Notes under the pieces: model-generated
Told to the model about the DNA's origin: nothing
Databases searched by the model: none
What the model saw: only the letters and a program-made list of their open reading frames with translations
In this document: piece by piece, positions 9,049 to 19,513 of the stretch
How the letters are laid out: the number at the start of each line of letters is the position of its first letter
How positions within the stretch are numbered: position 1 is the stretch's first letter
Position numbers and translations under genes: made by a program
From: Elainellaceae cyanobacterium
GTDB taxonomy: Bacteria > Cyanobacteriota > Cyanobacteriia > CAZCXK01
DNA: 40,470 nucleotides
Assembly (NCBI GenBank): GCA_051117555.1
Contig: JBNPEG010000022.1
Location: 1-40,470, forward strand
Direction: 5' to 3'

Positions 9049-9645
9049 ACGTACACTCGTCCCTTAGCTCGATTGATTGAGCAATTTCAGCGACTGCCTG
9101 GCGTAGGGCCAAAGACGGCTCAACGACTAGCACTGTATATCCTCAGGCGCCCCGAAGAAGATGTAAAAGCCCTAGCTCAAGCCCTGCTCGATGCTCGACA
9201 GCAAGTTGGGCTATGTTCGATTTGTTTTCATTTGTCCGCTGAGCCTGTTTGCGAAATTTGCCAAGCATCCAATCGAGATAAAAGCACCATTTGCGTCGTA
9301 GCTGATTCTAGAGATGTGATTGCGCTAGAAAAAACCCGCGAATATCGTGGGCTTTATCACGTTCTAGGAGGGCTCATTTCGCCAATGGATGGGGTTGGGC
9401 CTGAGCAGCTTCATATTTCTCCCCTTATTCGCCGAGTCAGCCAACACGATATCCAAGAAATCATCTTGGCGATTAGTCCGAGCATTGAAGGAGATACCAC
9501 AACGCTTTACATTGGTCAGCTTCTCAAGCCATTTACTCGGGTTACCCGCATTGCCTTTGGTTTGCCGATGGGAGGAGATTTAGAATATGCCGATGAAATT
9601 ACGCTGGCCCGTGCTCTCGAAGGACGACGAGAACTAGACACCTGA
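9049..9645 (+). CDS. recR: Recombination mediator RecR (probable ACG start)
   Basis: [15 protein letters not shown]4 zinc finger, [10 protein letters not shown], Toprim EGDTT, and LEYADEITL. The conserved YTRPLARL lies upstream of TTG 9073. Confidence 0.95.
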   Translation, partial: TYTRPLARLIEQFQRLPGVGPKTAQRLALYILRRPEEDVKALAQALLDARQQVGLCSICFHLSAEPVCEICQASNRDKSTICVVADSRDVIALEKTREYRGLYHVLGGLISPMDGVGPEQLHISPLIRRVSQHDIQEIILAISPSIEGDTTTLYIGQLLKPFTRVTRIAFGLPMGGDLEYADEITLARALEGRRELDT

Positions 9646-9756
9646 GTACACAAAAACCCTGCGGATTTCAAACCTTGGATTTTGAGCAGTAATAAATCGA
9701 GGACTCTACCAAGCCCAGCCTTAGGGTAAAGAAACAACTTTCGGTTTGGTTGAGTT

Positions 9757-9814
9757 GTAAGGTGGTGTATAGCTTTTCAGGCATGGCTACGCTAAAGCGT
9801 CAGCGTGACGCACC
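9757..9814. repeat. REP-like element carrying a nested 27-bp small repeat (9768-9794)
   Basis: GTAAGGTGGTG[TATAGCTTTTCAGGCATGGCTACGCTA]AAGCGTCAGCGTGACGCACC; the bracketed part resembles 15335-15361 in reverse complement. Confidence 0.55.
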
Positions 9815-9830
9815 ACCATTTGGATAAGAT

Positions 9831-10388
9831 TTATTTCAGCTTCTGTTTGATAAAGGCAAGCAGTTGGCCCATTTGCTTCTTGAGCGTATCGATGTCTGAC
9901 TGCATTTTTGCGACTTTTTGCTTTAACGCCTCGACTTCAGCAGAATCAGCACTGGCTGCTGGAACTGCTGCGGAAACAGCCGCCATAGCAGTAGGCTTGG
10001 CAGGGCGAGGCAATCTGGCCTTCGCCATCGCTGACTTGATGGCCTCAATCAGCTCTTTTTGCTCGAAGGGCTTCTCGATGAATTCAAAATACTCAAAGGG
10101 TTCCGGAATCTTCTCTGTAACCTCTTCCCGACGACCTGACATCAGCACTAAGGGAATTGACTGTAGCTCAGTTTGTCCTTGAATTTGCTGGAATACTTCC
10201 CATCCGCTCATGCGAGGTAATAGGAAATCTAACATGATCAAGTTAGGGCGTTCTTGGCGAATTGAATTGAGTCCTTCAATACCGTCTTTCGCTTCCAAAA
10301 CTTGAAAGTTGCCTTTGGGCAGCATGTCCCGCACCATATTACGGATGACTCTGCTGTCATCAATGACCAGGATTTTATGACTTGCCAC
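9831..10388 (-). CDS. CheY-like response regulator with C-terminal coiled coil
   Basis: ILVIDD, MLDFLLPRMSG and IEKPF receiver motifs, an Ala-rich linker, and a coiled-coil tail. Confidence 0.9.
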   Translation of the reverse strand: MASHKILVIDDSRVIRNMVRDMLPKGNFQVLEAKDGIEGLNSIRQERPNLIMLDFLLPRMSGWEVFQQIQGQTELQSIPLVLMSGRREEVTEKIPEPFEYFEFIEKPFEQKELIEAIKSAMAKARLPRPAKPTAMAAVSAAVPAASADSAEVEALKQKVAKMQSDIDTLKKQMGQLLAFIKQKLK

Positions 10389-10971
10389 GACGGACTCCTC
10401 TGGTAGTGACTGGAGATACGATAATCGTCAACATTCCAATAAGGGGGTTGCAAAGAATTGTAGACCTTAGCCCTCTCAATTGAGACATTTTCTTATCAGA
10501 AAACAAATAGCGGTAGAGCTAAAAATATTTACTACTCAACAGGTGCAGTTACAAAAGACCCTCCAAATTACTTAGAATCTACGGCTCCTAGCATGAACTA
10601 GTGTAGCTTTTGATAACTAAGATGGCTCTATAAATGCGTAAGAAAACCATGTATGAGGATTCAATTCATTATTTTGCTTAAACTTTTTTGAGTCAAATCT
10701 TCATCGGAGAGTCTGAGATACTGACGAATTTGTATAACCCCTGTTGCATAACCCCTGTAGAAATCTACCCTAGATATTAACTAGATATCCCAAATTTCGT
10801 GACTTTCTACCCAGAGGATGAGTGAATAACCACTAATGGGTGAGCGGCGATCGCTCCTCGACATTAATCACCCAGACCTAAATCTGATGAATTTTGTCAA
10901 ACGCACTAAAATTAGTGCCGTAGCAGTATGTACGATTTTTACCTCATTAAACGCTAGTTCTGATCTTGCCA

Positions 10972-11964
10972 ATGCGTCAATCCCTGAATGCGAATTTTTC
11001 CCCTAGCCAACATCATCCGCCTCAATCATCGTCTACCGAGCGTCGCCCTATTAGTAGCCATACTGACCCTGGAGTGAATTCCGATGCGACTCGCTCTCGT
11101 CTGGAGGGGTTGCCACCGTGGCTGAAGCGCCCAATCGGGAAAGCCAGCGAAATGTCAACCGTTCAGCGCATCATCAAGCAGCGCCAGATTCATACCATCT
11201 GCGAGGAAGGGCGCTGTCCCAATCGGGGCGAGTGCTATGCCAACAAGACCGCGACGTTTCTGCTAATGGGGCCGACGTGTACGCGCTCATGCGCATTTTG
11301 CCAGGTCGATAAGGGGCACGCTCCCACGCCGCTTGATCCGGATGAGCCTGAAAAGGTTGCAGAATCGGTTTGTTTACTCGGACTGAAGTATGTGGTGCTA
11401 ACCTCTGTAACGCGAGACGATTTGCCTGATCAGGGGGCAAGTTGGTTTGTAAAGACGATGCATGCAATCCGTCAAGACATGCCGGAGACGCAAATTGAGG
11501 TGCTAACCCCCGATTTTTGGAGCGGGCTATCGGGAGACATCGGGCAGCATCAGCGAGTTATGACCGTCGCTGAGGCAAAGCCCGCTTGTTTTAATCACAA
11601 CGTTGAAACCGTTCGACGGCTTCAAGGGCGGGTGCGACGGGGTGCAAAATATGAGCGATCGCTCCGGGTGTTGAGCCTTGTGAAAGAGCACGATCCGTCA
11701 ATTCCAACTAAGTCAGGGCTGATGCTGGGGCATGGGGAAACAGAAGACGAGATCATAGAGACGATGAGAGATTTGCGCGCTGTAGCGTGCGATCGCCTTA
11801 CGCTAGGGCAATATATGCGCCCATCGTTGGATCATCTCCCTGTTCAGAAATATTGGACACCCGATGAATTTGAGCAGTTAGGGGCGATCGCCCGAGAGCT
11901 AGGATTTTCCCAGGTGCGATCGGGTCCCTTGGTGCGGAGCTCGTACCATGCGGGAGAGGCATAG
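10972..11964 (+). CDS. lipA: Lipoyl synthase
   Basis: [20 protein letters not shown] radical SAM motif, and C-terminal VRSSYHA. Confidence 0.96.
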   Translation: MRQSLNANFSPSQHHPPQSSSTERRPISSHTDPGVNSDATRSRLEGLPPWLKRPIGKASEMSTVQRIIKQRQIHTICEEGRCPNRGECYANKTATFLLMGPTCTRSCAFCQVDKGHAPTPLDPDEPEKVAESVCLLGLKYVVLTSVTRDDLPDQGASWFVKTMHAIRQDMPETQIEVLTPDFWSGLSGDIGQHQRVMTVAEAKPACFNHNVETVRRLQGRVRRGAKYERSLRVLSLVKEHDPSIPTKSGLMLGHGETEDEIIETMRDLRAVACDRLTLGQYMRPSLDHLPVQKYWTPDEFEQLGAIARELGFSQVRSGPLVRSSYHAGEA

Positions 11965-12018
11965 GGGCTTATCACTCAAAAGCAAATCACTCAAGAGGCA
12001 AAGGGCGGGAGCAGCCGT

Positions 12019-12588
12019 TCAGGTCTCCAAATCTCCAGACGGAAATCGACCCCGTCGTTTTCGGGCTTCCATAGCGCGTTCCAATACAGTGAGCAAGCCC
12101 GGAGCCTCTTCTTGGAGTGTGAGCAATAATCTTTCTCCGATATCCAAATCGCCCGGATCTTCGCCTGTCTCCATCACTGTTTTGAGGCGAGGCATGGCCA
12201 TCTCATCGACAATTTGCACGAGCCCATATAAACACCGATTAAACTGCCGTTCAGTTAGGATGGCATCTTCCAACGGAAACTCAATGATGGCGCGAATTTC
12301 ACCATCTGATGGGTCATATTCCCATTGGAGCATCTTCGTCTCCCATGAGATACATAGCATCGTCTGTAAAATCGATTCTTTGTATCGATGATGGTTGACC
12401 CCGGAAAGAACTCTAGGTGCAAACAGCTTAAAAAATTCACCCTCTTCTTCAAGCTGGACCACGATCAGAAAGTCTTCAAGATGCTGGGCATATACCCCGG
12501 TTAAAATCCGAGATTCTTTCTCATCGATGCGATAGGGCCAGCCTGCATTGCCAAGATACTCTGCAATTTGTTGAAGCGTCGCGCCCAT
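12019..12588 (-). CDS. Conserved hypothetical protein (YbjN/CesT-like fold suspected)
   Basis: 189 aa with KMLQWEYDPSDGEIRAIIEFPLED, a conserved cyanobacterial motif. Confidence 0.7.
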   Translation of the reverse strand: MGATLQQIAEYLGNAGWPYRIDEKESRILTGVYAQHLEDFLIVVQLEEEGEFFKLFAPRVLSGVNHHRYKESILQTMLCISWETKMLQWEYDPSDGEIRAIIEFPLEDAILTERQFNRCLYGLVQIVDEMAMPRLKTVMETGEDPGDLDIGERLLLTLQEEAPGLLTVLERAMEARKRRGRFPSGDLET

Positions 12589-12653
12589 TGTAGTGTTCTC
12601 TCCCGTAAGTCTCCCTGATGTCTACAATCTCTCTTGTGAATTTTGCTAAGAAA

Positions 12654-12747
12654 TATAGCCCTACGGGCTTAGGTTTGTGTGGTGAGCCCTCGCGCCGCGG
12701 GGGGGCACCACACGTTCAACGTCCTAACGCGAGAGCGTACGGCTATA
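12654..12747 (-). repeat. ~94-bp dispersed miniature repeat, copy 2
   Basis: Perfect TATAGCC...GGCTATA termini; reverse complement of 3569-3660. Confidence 0.85.
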
Positions 12748-12866
12748 AAAATTCAAACGAACCATTGGACGAAATACTCATTCATCAGAGTGGCACAGAG
12801 TGGGAGTTTTGTTAAACATTTAACAATTAAATGATAGATAGTCGATAGATAATGGTTGGCTGACTA

Positions 12867-13535
12867 TCAAGAAGGAGTGAGTTCGCGGAGCTGAGATTGC
12901 CCCAGTGCTCGATCAACCTGAGTGAGCAGTGCTTCAACGGTTGAAGAGTTATCTAGAACAACATCTGCCTGATCAAGCTTTTTCCCGATCGCCATTTGGC
13001 TATCAATCCGAGATTGAATCTCTTCAACCGTCAGCCGATAGCGATCGCCCCCTTGGACATCTCGTTCCATTAGCCGATCAACTTGATGACTATGGGGGCA
13101 ATAGACGACCCAAATTTCATTAACCAAATCGGTCATCCGAGCTTCGAACAGCAGGGGAATTGACACGATGACGATCGGCTCAGAACGCAGCTTAGCTTTG
13201 TTGAGATCTGCTTTGATGCGATCGCGCACAAATGGATGAATTTGCCGCTCCAGCCAAAATCGTTCAGGTCGGCTCTTAAAGACAATGTTACCCAACCTAA
13301 CCCGGTCGAGTGTTTGATCGGGCAGCAAAATGCTAGCCCCATATCGTTCGACAACCTTCTTTAGGATGGGAGAACCTGGCTCTACGGCTTCACGGGCATA
13401 AACATCAGCGTCTAGCACCGGCAGATGGTGGGCGTTGGCGAGATAATCAGACACGGTCGTCTTCCCCATCCCAATGCCCCCTGTTAGTCCAATGATTCGT
13501 CGCTGATCCGCAGAACCGTTTTGAAGTGTACTCAT
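12867..13535 (-). CDS. coaE: Dephospho-CoA kinase
   Basis: IIGLTGGIGMGKTT, DAD..AREAVEPG, IHPFV and IPLLFE. Confidence 0.96.
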   Translation of the reverse strand: MSTLQNGSADQRRIIGLTGGIGMGKTTVSDYLANAHHLPVLDADVYAREAVEPGSPILKKVVERYGASILLPDQTLDRVRLGNIVFKSRPERFWLERQIHPFVRDRIKADLNKAKLRSEPIVIVSIPLLFEARMTDLVNEIWVVYCPHSHQVDRLMERDVQGGDRYRLTVEEIQSRIDSQMAIGKKLDQADVVLDNSSTVEALLTQVDRALGQSQLRELTPS

Positions 13536-13541
13536 ACCTGT

Positions 13542-15173
13542 TTAGTGTGTCGAAACATCTGACCATTGCACAATCGCGTGAATTAAACCGTCTAGAGTAT
13601 ACTCTTTAGCTTCGACATCGACTCTCCCCAGCCATTTCTGGCAGGCTGTTGATGTCTGAGGCCCGATTGAGGCAATGCACACAGGCTCGAATTGCTCCTT
13701 TGAGGTGAGGAGTGCAGAGCATTGAATGGAATGAGACTCGCAAAGTTGGTGGAAATATTTGACCGTTTTAGAACTTGCAAAGGTAATGATGTCGATCGCC
13801 CCAGTTTGCAGCGCCTTGAATGCATCAGGCGGAATTGTATCCGGGCATCGCGACTCATAGGCAGCGACCTCAGTCACAATTGCGCCCCCCGCTGTGAAAT
13901 CGTTTACCAGAGCATCGCGTCCCCCACTCTCGACCCTAGGAAATAGAATTTTCAAGGTCTGTAGCGAGTCTTGATCGGGGAAGTGATCAATCAGCGAATC
14001 GGCAACAAAATCAGGAGGAATAAAATCAGGGTGAATGCCTCGCTGACGCAGGCTAGCAGCCGTCTTTTTCCCAACCACTGCCACCTTGAGGCAATTCAGA
14101 TCTCGGGCATCTTTACCCTGATGCAGTAGCCGTTCAAAGAAAGCATTGACGCCATTGCCGGAGGTGAGAATGAGCCAGTCAAATGTTTCTAAATGGGCGA
14201 TCGCCTGATCGAGATCAGCCCAGTTCGACGGCGGACCAATTTCCAAAGCTGGCATTTCAATTACCGTTGCCCCATGGTCACGGAGGCGATCGCCAAAGGT
14301 GCTCGATTGGGATGCTGACCGAGTCACCAGCACCGCCTTACCCCTCAGAGGAGAGGGCTGTTGGAGCTGATTTTCATCCTCTCCAAAAGTTAGAAGGGGG
14401 TAGGCTTCGCTTTCTCGACTGAGACGATCAGAATCGGCTGGCGCAGGCTGAAGATACCGGCGTAAGCCGACTACCTCACCCACGACAATCACAGCCGGTG
14501 ATAAAACCTGACGCGCTGTTTTCTGAAGAATAGTTTCGAGTGTGCCTGTCCAGACGTGCTGTTTAGACTGTCCTGCCCAGCGAATGACCGCAATTGGAGT
14601 TTTTGACGACTGCCCGTGCTGTTGAAGCTGGTCTACGATGTCGGGGAGATGCCGAGTGCCCATAAGCATCACCAGCGTTTCAAGCTGGGTGAGCGCATCC
14701 CAATTGATTCCTTCCAAATCATGAGCACTTAAGATAGCAACACATTGACTGAGTACCGGATCAGTCAGTGGAATACCTGCTAAGAGAGGAGCTGCAAATG
14801 CCGATGACAGTCCGGGTATAACTTCAAACTGACAGCCGGATTGTTGGAGGGCATCAATCTCTGTAGCACATCGGCCAAAAATAAATGGATCGCCACTTTT
14901 CAGTCGAATGACACGGTTTCCTTGCTGGCAAAATTGAACAAGAAGTTGATTAATGTCATCCTGGGGTGTGCTTTTTTGGCCGCCGCGCTTGCCGACATCC
15001 ACGCGCTGGCAGCTCGCTGGAACCACCTCTAATACCCGATGATCTACGAGCGCATCGTAAACCAAGACCTCAGCCTGCGAGAGGAGGCTATAGGCTTGAA
15101 GTGTCAGGTAGGTGCGATCGCCCGGCCCAGCCCCGACCAGATACACGATGCCTGATTGCGCAGTCATAGACAT
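13542..15173 (-). CDS. cobA: Uroporphyrinogen-III C-methyltransferase / uroporphyrinogen-III synthase fusion (CobA-HemD)
   Basis: VYLVGAGPGD and RLKSGDPFIFGR; C-terminal HemD part with VLVTRS, LTSGNGV, FASSKTV and SIGPQT. Confidence 0.93.
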   Translation of the reverse strand: MSMTAQSGIVYLVGAGPGDRTYLTLQAYSLLSQAEVLVYDALVDHRVLEVVPASCQRVDVGKRGGQKSTPQDDINQLLVQFCQQGNRVIRLKSGDPFIFGRCATEIDALQQSGCQFEVIPGLSSAFAAPLLAGIPLTDPVLSQCVAILSAHDLEGINWDALTQLETLVMLMGTRHLPDIVDQLQQHGQSSKTPIAVIRWAGQSKQHVWTGTLETILQKTARQVLSPAVIVVGEVVGLRRYLQPAPADSDRLSRESEAYPLLTFGEDENQLQQPSPLRGKAVLVTRSASQSSTFGDRLRDHGATVIEMPALEIGPPSNWADLDQAIAHLETFDWLILTSGNGVNAFFERLLHQGKDARDLNCLKVAVVGKKTAASLRQRGIHPDFIPPDFVADSLIDHFPDQDSLQTLKILFPRVESGGRDALVNDFTAGGAIVTEVAAYESRCPDTIPPDAFKALQTGAIDIITFASSKTVKYFHQLCESHSIQCSALLTSKEQFEPVCIASIGPQTSTACQKWLGRVDVEAKEYTLDGLIHAIVQWSDVSTH

Positions 15174-15269
15174 TTTGGAGGTAATTGAATCCCTCGTCTC
15201 ACTTAAAATGTACAGCTTAGCGATGAGTTCTGTGGATTCGTAAGTAGATGGACATAAATAAACGGTGCT

Positions 15270-15371
15270 GTAGGGTGCTGTTGACGTAGCCTAACGCACC
15301 ACCCCACAAGGCTTTGATGCGTTCGCGATCGCTCTAGCGAAGCCATGCCCAAAGGGCTATACACATCCTAC
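15270..15371. repeat. GTAG-type REP doublet with nested 27-bp small repeat (15335-15361)
   Basis: GTAGGGTG...AACGCACC and GATGCGTT...CATCCTAC arms; the right arm is interrupted by TAGCGAAGCCATGCCCAAAGGGCTATA. Confidence 0.6.
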
Positions 15372-15419
15372 AAATAAATAGGGCTTCCCACTTATCACAA
15401 TCCATTGAGTGTTAACGGT

Positions 15420-15460
15420 GTCTCAGAAATACTGTCTCAGAAATACTGTCTCAGGAATAC
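15420..15460 (+). repeat. 14-bp tandem repeat (GTCTCAGAAATACT, ~3 copies)
   Basis: Directly visible. Confidence 0.85.
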
Positions 15461-15550
15461 AGTTCAAAGTGTTGCACAATTTAGAGCCTAAAATCACCCT
15501 ATATGGCTCCATCGTCAACGGCCAATGGCCAACACAAACACCCTAAATTT

Positions 15551-16027
15551 TTAGGAAATTTCGGCATCTACTAACGGCTGAACCGAGTCGTTGGGATAAA
15601 TCGTGCCTTCCACTAACACACGAGCATACAGACGACTTTGTCCCGGATATTTTTCTTGGTTAATTCGGTGGTAGCGACGATCTGAAAAGCAGTGAGTGAT
15701 GGTGCGGCAAGGGGGTGCATAGTCGGTAATCTCAAGGGTAAGGCTACGACCAATTTGCAAGCGAGTTCCTGGAATCAGTTGATCCCAGTTGACTCCAGTG
15801 AGGGTGATGTTTTCTCCAGCGCTGCCCGCTTCAAGAGGATGTCCTTCTTGCTGGAGTTGCTCAATCACCTCGTATGACCAGAGGCAAACGGCTCGGTTAG
15901 GACCGCCATGATATCGAAGGTCGGCTTGGCGATCGCCCACTATTCCATTCATCGTTACAACAGCCTCAGAGATGGGCGTTTTGGGTACGCCGCCTTGCGA
16001 AATATTGATTTGAGTCACACGTCCCAT
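15551..16027 (-). CDS. MOSC domain protein
   Basis: GGVPKTPI, GDRQADLRYHGGPNRAVCLW, GENIT, PCRTI and YARVLVEG. Confidence 0.9.
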   Translation of the reverse strand: MGRVTQINISQGGVPKTPISEAVVTMNGIVGDRQADLRYHGGPNRAVCLWSYEVIEQLQQEGHPLEAGSAGENITLTGVNWDQLIPGTRLQIGRSLTLEITDYAPPCRTITHCFSDRRYHRINQEKYPGQSRLYARVLVEGTIYPNDSVQPLVDAEIS

Positions 16028-16063
16028 AGGTAGTTCGACTGGCAAATATCAAGATTGTAGCGG

Positions 16064-17059
16064 TTACTCAACGACTAAAATTGCCGATCCGCTGATGTTT
16101 CCTTCTCGCACTGCATTGAGCGCTTCATTGGCTTTTTCTAACGGAAATGTCTCAACGTGGGTGCGAATCGGAACCCGCGGGGCGATCGCCAAAAAATCGT
16201 TGCCGTCTTGCCGAGTTAGATTAGCAACCGATCGCAGCACTCGCTCTCCCCAGAGAATTTTGTAAGGGAAGGATGGAATATCGCTCATATGAATGCCTGC
16301 ACATACTACAATGCCTCCTTTATCAACCGCACGCAGCGCCGCAGGAACAAGCGTGCCAACCGGGGCAAAAATAATCGCCGCGTCGAGTCTTTCGGGGGGC
16401 ATTTCATCAGACCCCCCAGACCAAACTGCGCCCAGATTCTGTGCAAATTCTTGCCCCTCTGTATCTCCTGGCCGAGTAAATGCATAGACGTTTCGCTGAT
16501 GATGGCGAGCAACCTGAGTCAAAATATGGGCGGCTGACCCAAACCCATAAAACCCCAACCGTTGGGCATCGTTAGTCATGCGGTATGAGCGGTAACCAAT
16601 CAGCCCTGCGCACAGGAGAGGAGCCGCTTGTAGATCTGGAAAGTCATCGGAGAGAGGGAAGCAAAAGTGGGCATCAGCAGTGGCATACTCGGCATAGCCC
16701 CCGTCGAGGTTGTAGCCCGTAAACTCAGCGCGATCGCACAAATTCTCGCGCCCAGACTGACAATATCGACATGCGTTACAGGTATGCCCTAACCAAGGCA
16801 CCCCAACTCGCTGCCCGATCTCAAAGCCCGTCACCGATGCTCCAATTTTCTCGACAGTGCCAACAATTTGATGCCCCAAAACTAGCGGCAATTTGGGGTC
16901 TTTTAATTCGCCATCAACAATATGCAAGTCAGTTCGACAGATGCCGCATGCATGCACCCGCAGCAGTACCTGATCCGAATGAGGACTTGGAACAGGCAAA
17001 TCTCTGAGTCGAAGCGGCTGACCCGGTTTCTCTAGAACCATTGCGCGCATGGCTCTCAC
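16064..17059 (-). CDS. Zinc-dependent alcohol dehydrogenase family protein
   Basis: CGICRTDLH, LGHQIVG, C..C..C...RENLC and APLLCAG. Confidence 0.93.
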   Translation of the reverse strand: MRAMRAMVLEKPGQPLRLRDLPVPSPHSDQVLLRVHACGICRTDLHIVDGELKDPKLPLVLGHQIVGTVEKIGASVTGFEIGQRVGVPWLGHTCNACRYCQSGRENLCDRAEFTGYNLDGGYAEYATADAHFCFPLSDDFPDLQAAPLLCAGLIGYRSYRMTNDAQRLGFYGFGSAAHILTQVARHHQRNVYAFTRPGDTEGQEFAQNLGAVWSGGSDEMPPERLDAAIIFAPVGTLVPAALRAVDKGGIVVCAGIHMSDIPSFPYKILWGERVLRSVANLTRQDGNDFLAIAPRVPIRTHVETFPLEKANEALNAVREGNISGSAILVVE

Positions 17060-17167
17060 CTCTTAAAATCTCGTCTAGTTCGAGCTTACAGAGAGTCAGC
17101 GTAGAGTGATTCGCCTAAAGGTTAGAAGATGCAGGGATTAGTCTTGAATTGGGTCGGGTGCTGGTGG

Positions 17168-17202
17168 GATTTTCAACTGAGATTTTCAACTGAGATTTTC
17201 AA
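17168..17202 (+). repeat. 13-bp tandem repeat (GATTTTCAACTGA, ~2.7 copies) at a gene 3' end
   Basis: Directly visible. Confidence 0.8.
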
Positions 17203-17402
17203 TTAGGATTTTCGACCACACGCTTAAAAAATGCGACCAAGTCTCCTCCATCATTGACAACTGAAATCATTTCCCATCCTTGTTCTCCTAGTTCGTCGAG
17301 GGGTCGCCAGCTTCCGTGCTCGGTTTGATAGACCCCTAGAGCTTTGACATACACCGCAAGGTACTCAAATTGAGGTCTTATAAAATCTTGAAAGCCGACC
17401 AT
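17199..17402 (-). CDS. DUF4177-like small protein
   Basis: FEY...LDELGEQGWEMISV...AFFKR pattern. Confidence 0.75.
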   Translation of the reverse strand: MVGFQDFIRPQFEYLAVYVKALGVYQTEHGSWRPLDELGEQGWEMISVVNDGGDLVAFFKRVVENPN

Positions 17403-17442
17403 ATGAAAAGATTGAAAGGTTTAATCTGCATCCGTTCAAGCA

Positions 17443-17478
17443 AAATAATCTCATCATCACAAGTGATGAGATTTTATT
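17443..17478 (-). terminator. Putative intrinsic terminator
   Basis: AATCTCATCA...TGATGAGATT hairpin downstream of the RTX gene, with an A-run (U-run on the minus strand). Confidence 0.5.
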
Positions 17479-17580
17479 AATCTATACCGATTTGAGCATG
17501 GCTAAACGTTGGCTGGTGATAGGCGCCACGGTAGTTACCTCAGACGTGCAAAGCATTTAGACATGATCAAAGCATCCTGG

Positions 17581-18870
17581 CTAAACAAAATTAAAATAGC
17601 CCTGATCAAGGCTCAGCCCTGATATATCTTCAACGACTGCAATGAGTTCATCCCTTTGTCCGGCGTTGGTCAAGAAAATTGCCGTATCGTTTTTGCCACC
17701 CGCAAAGGGCGATCGCTTCAGCCCATAATCGGATGCTGAGCCCCGAAGCTGAATGCGATCTTGATTACTGTTGAAATCGGTGATGCGGGCATAGTCCTTT
17801 CGTCCACCCTGGTTGGGTCTTCCGTCATCATAGAAAACTCGTGCCGCATTGCCGAGAATGAAGCGATCGCCCCCTCCTCCACCCGTTAGCGTATCAATGT
17901 CTCGACGTCCTGGTTGGTTAGAAAAATCATCGACCCCAATGAGCGTATCGCGTCCGCTGCGTCCGGTCAGGGTATCTCGTCCTGCACCGCCCATCAATAG
18001 ATCGCGTCCGTTTCCGCCGTCTAGGGTATCATTTCCCTCCCCGCCATTGAGGGTGTCAACGCCGCCACCCCCCTTTAATTCATCATTTCCAGCATCGCCG
18101 TCTAGCTCGTCGCGGCCACCGCTGCCGTCTAGCTCGTCGCGGCCATTGCCTCCACTGAGGCGATCGCGCCCAGCCTCCCCAAACAGCTCATCGTCACCAT
18201 CATCCCCACTGAGCGTATCTGCTCCGCCGCCTCCCTGTAGCGTGTCTTGCCCATCTCCACCGAAGAGTTCATCTCGACCGCGATCGCCGCTGATCCGATC
18301 GTCGCCATCGCTCCCGTCGAGCAGGTCTGAGCCTGATCCGCCACTTAAGATATCGTCGTCTTCCCCCCCGTCGAGGCGATCGTCGCCCCCTCCTCCATCT
18401 AACTGATCTTGATCGTCACCTCCTTCCAAGCGATCGTCGCCCCCATCGCCTTCGAGACTGTCGTCGCCATCGTCGCCAAATAGCTCGTCATCTCCTGATC
18501 CCCCTTCCAAGCGATCGTCACCCCCACCCCCTTCGAGACTGTCGTCGCCATTATCACCCTCGAGGTGATCGTTGCCGTCATTGCCGTCTAAAAAATCGTC
18601 ATCATCATCACCGTCTAACTCATCATCACCACTTCCACCAAATAGAAAATCGTCATCATCGCCGCCCTCTAGCTCATCGTCACCGCTTCCGCCGAAGAGT
18701 TCGTCATCCCCATCTCCACCCCTCAGAAAATCATCCCCAGAGCCACCTGACAGGCGATCGTCTCCGCCGCGTCCGATCAATATATCGTCTCCACCAAATC
18801 CCGAAAAGAAATCATCGGATGATGCGCCTGCGATGAAATCGTCAAAAAAAGTGCCGTCTATAATTGCCAT
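17581..18870 (-). CDS. Hemolysin-type calcium-binding RTX protein
   Basis: More than 30 GGxGDDxLx nonapeptides and a C-terminal DYARITDFN...ELIAVV cap domain. Confidence 0.9.
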   Translation of the reverse strand: MAIIDGTFFDDFIAGASSDDFFSGFGGDDILIGRGGDDRLSGGSGDDFLRGGDGDDELFGGSGDDELEGGDDDDFLFGGSGDDELDGDDDDDFLDGNDGNDHLEGDNGDDSLEGGGGDDRLEGGSGDDELFGDDGDDSLEGDGGDDRLEGGDDQDQLDGGGGDDRLDGGEDDDILSGGSGSDLLDGSDGDDRISGDRGRDELFGGDGQDTLQGGGGADTLSGDDGDDELFGEAGRDRLSGGNGRDELDGSGGRDELDGDAGNDELKGGGGVDTLNGGEGNDTLDGGNGRDLLMGGAGRDTLTGRSGRDTLIGVDDFSNQPGRRDIDTLTGGGGGDRFILGNAARVFYDDGRPNQGGRKDYARITDFNSNQDRIQLRGSASDYGLKRSPFAGGKNDTAIFLTNAGQRDELIAVVEDISGLSLDQGYFNFV

Positions 18871-19513
18871 TCTTAATCGCTCACTCTCGGGACGTACCCA
18901 AAACGTTATGTCGTAGACCGAAATTCTAGAATCAAACGGGGCGATCGGACTTCATCCAGGTGGTTGACTAGAGGCAAGGCTCCTGGATGAGTCTGCATTC
19001 TTCTGGCAAGAAATGACGATATTACCCGGCGCGGAGTTTCAATATTGGACTGACTCAATCAGTTCCAGTTTTTTAAGATTGTCTGGATGTGCATGAATTT
19101 TTTCTGAGAGATGGCCAGATCTGTTTCTGTCTTTCAGCAATCAGGGTAAATTGATAATATACGGACTCTATCGCACAGAAATATTAGATGCTTAGGGGCT
19201 TGGTTTATACGCGTCGCGATCGCATCATGATGCTTTTTTATAATGCTGAGTCTGCTGATACAGCACTACAAAATTAGCGATGGAGAAGCCTTAAACGATG
19301 AGATATTAAGAATTTAAAATTTGCCTATTAATTTGTCTATTTAGCAGTTCAAATCTTAAGGATGTGTGTTTATTCGTCAGATTTGATCAAGCGTTGTCCG
19401 CTTTCAGTTTTATATGATTTGAGAATTAAATCAGGGCTATTCTTAACTAAAAAAGTAACGATAAATGTGTGTATATCTACCGCTTAATACAATCGATTTA
19501 AGAGGATGATGAG

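Noticed and set aside
10920..10933. GTA-N8-TAC NtcA-like site upstream of lipA
   Set aside because: A six-base match is expected by chance several times in 40 kb, and there is no well-placed TAN3T downstream.
13542..15173. CobA-HemD fusion as a novelty
   Set aside because: A well-known arrangement in cyanobacteria.
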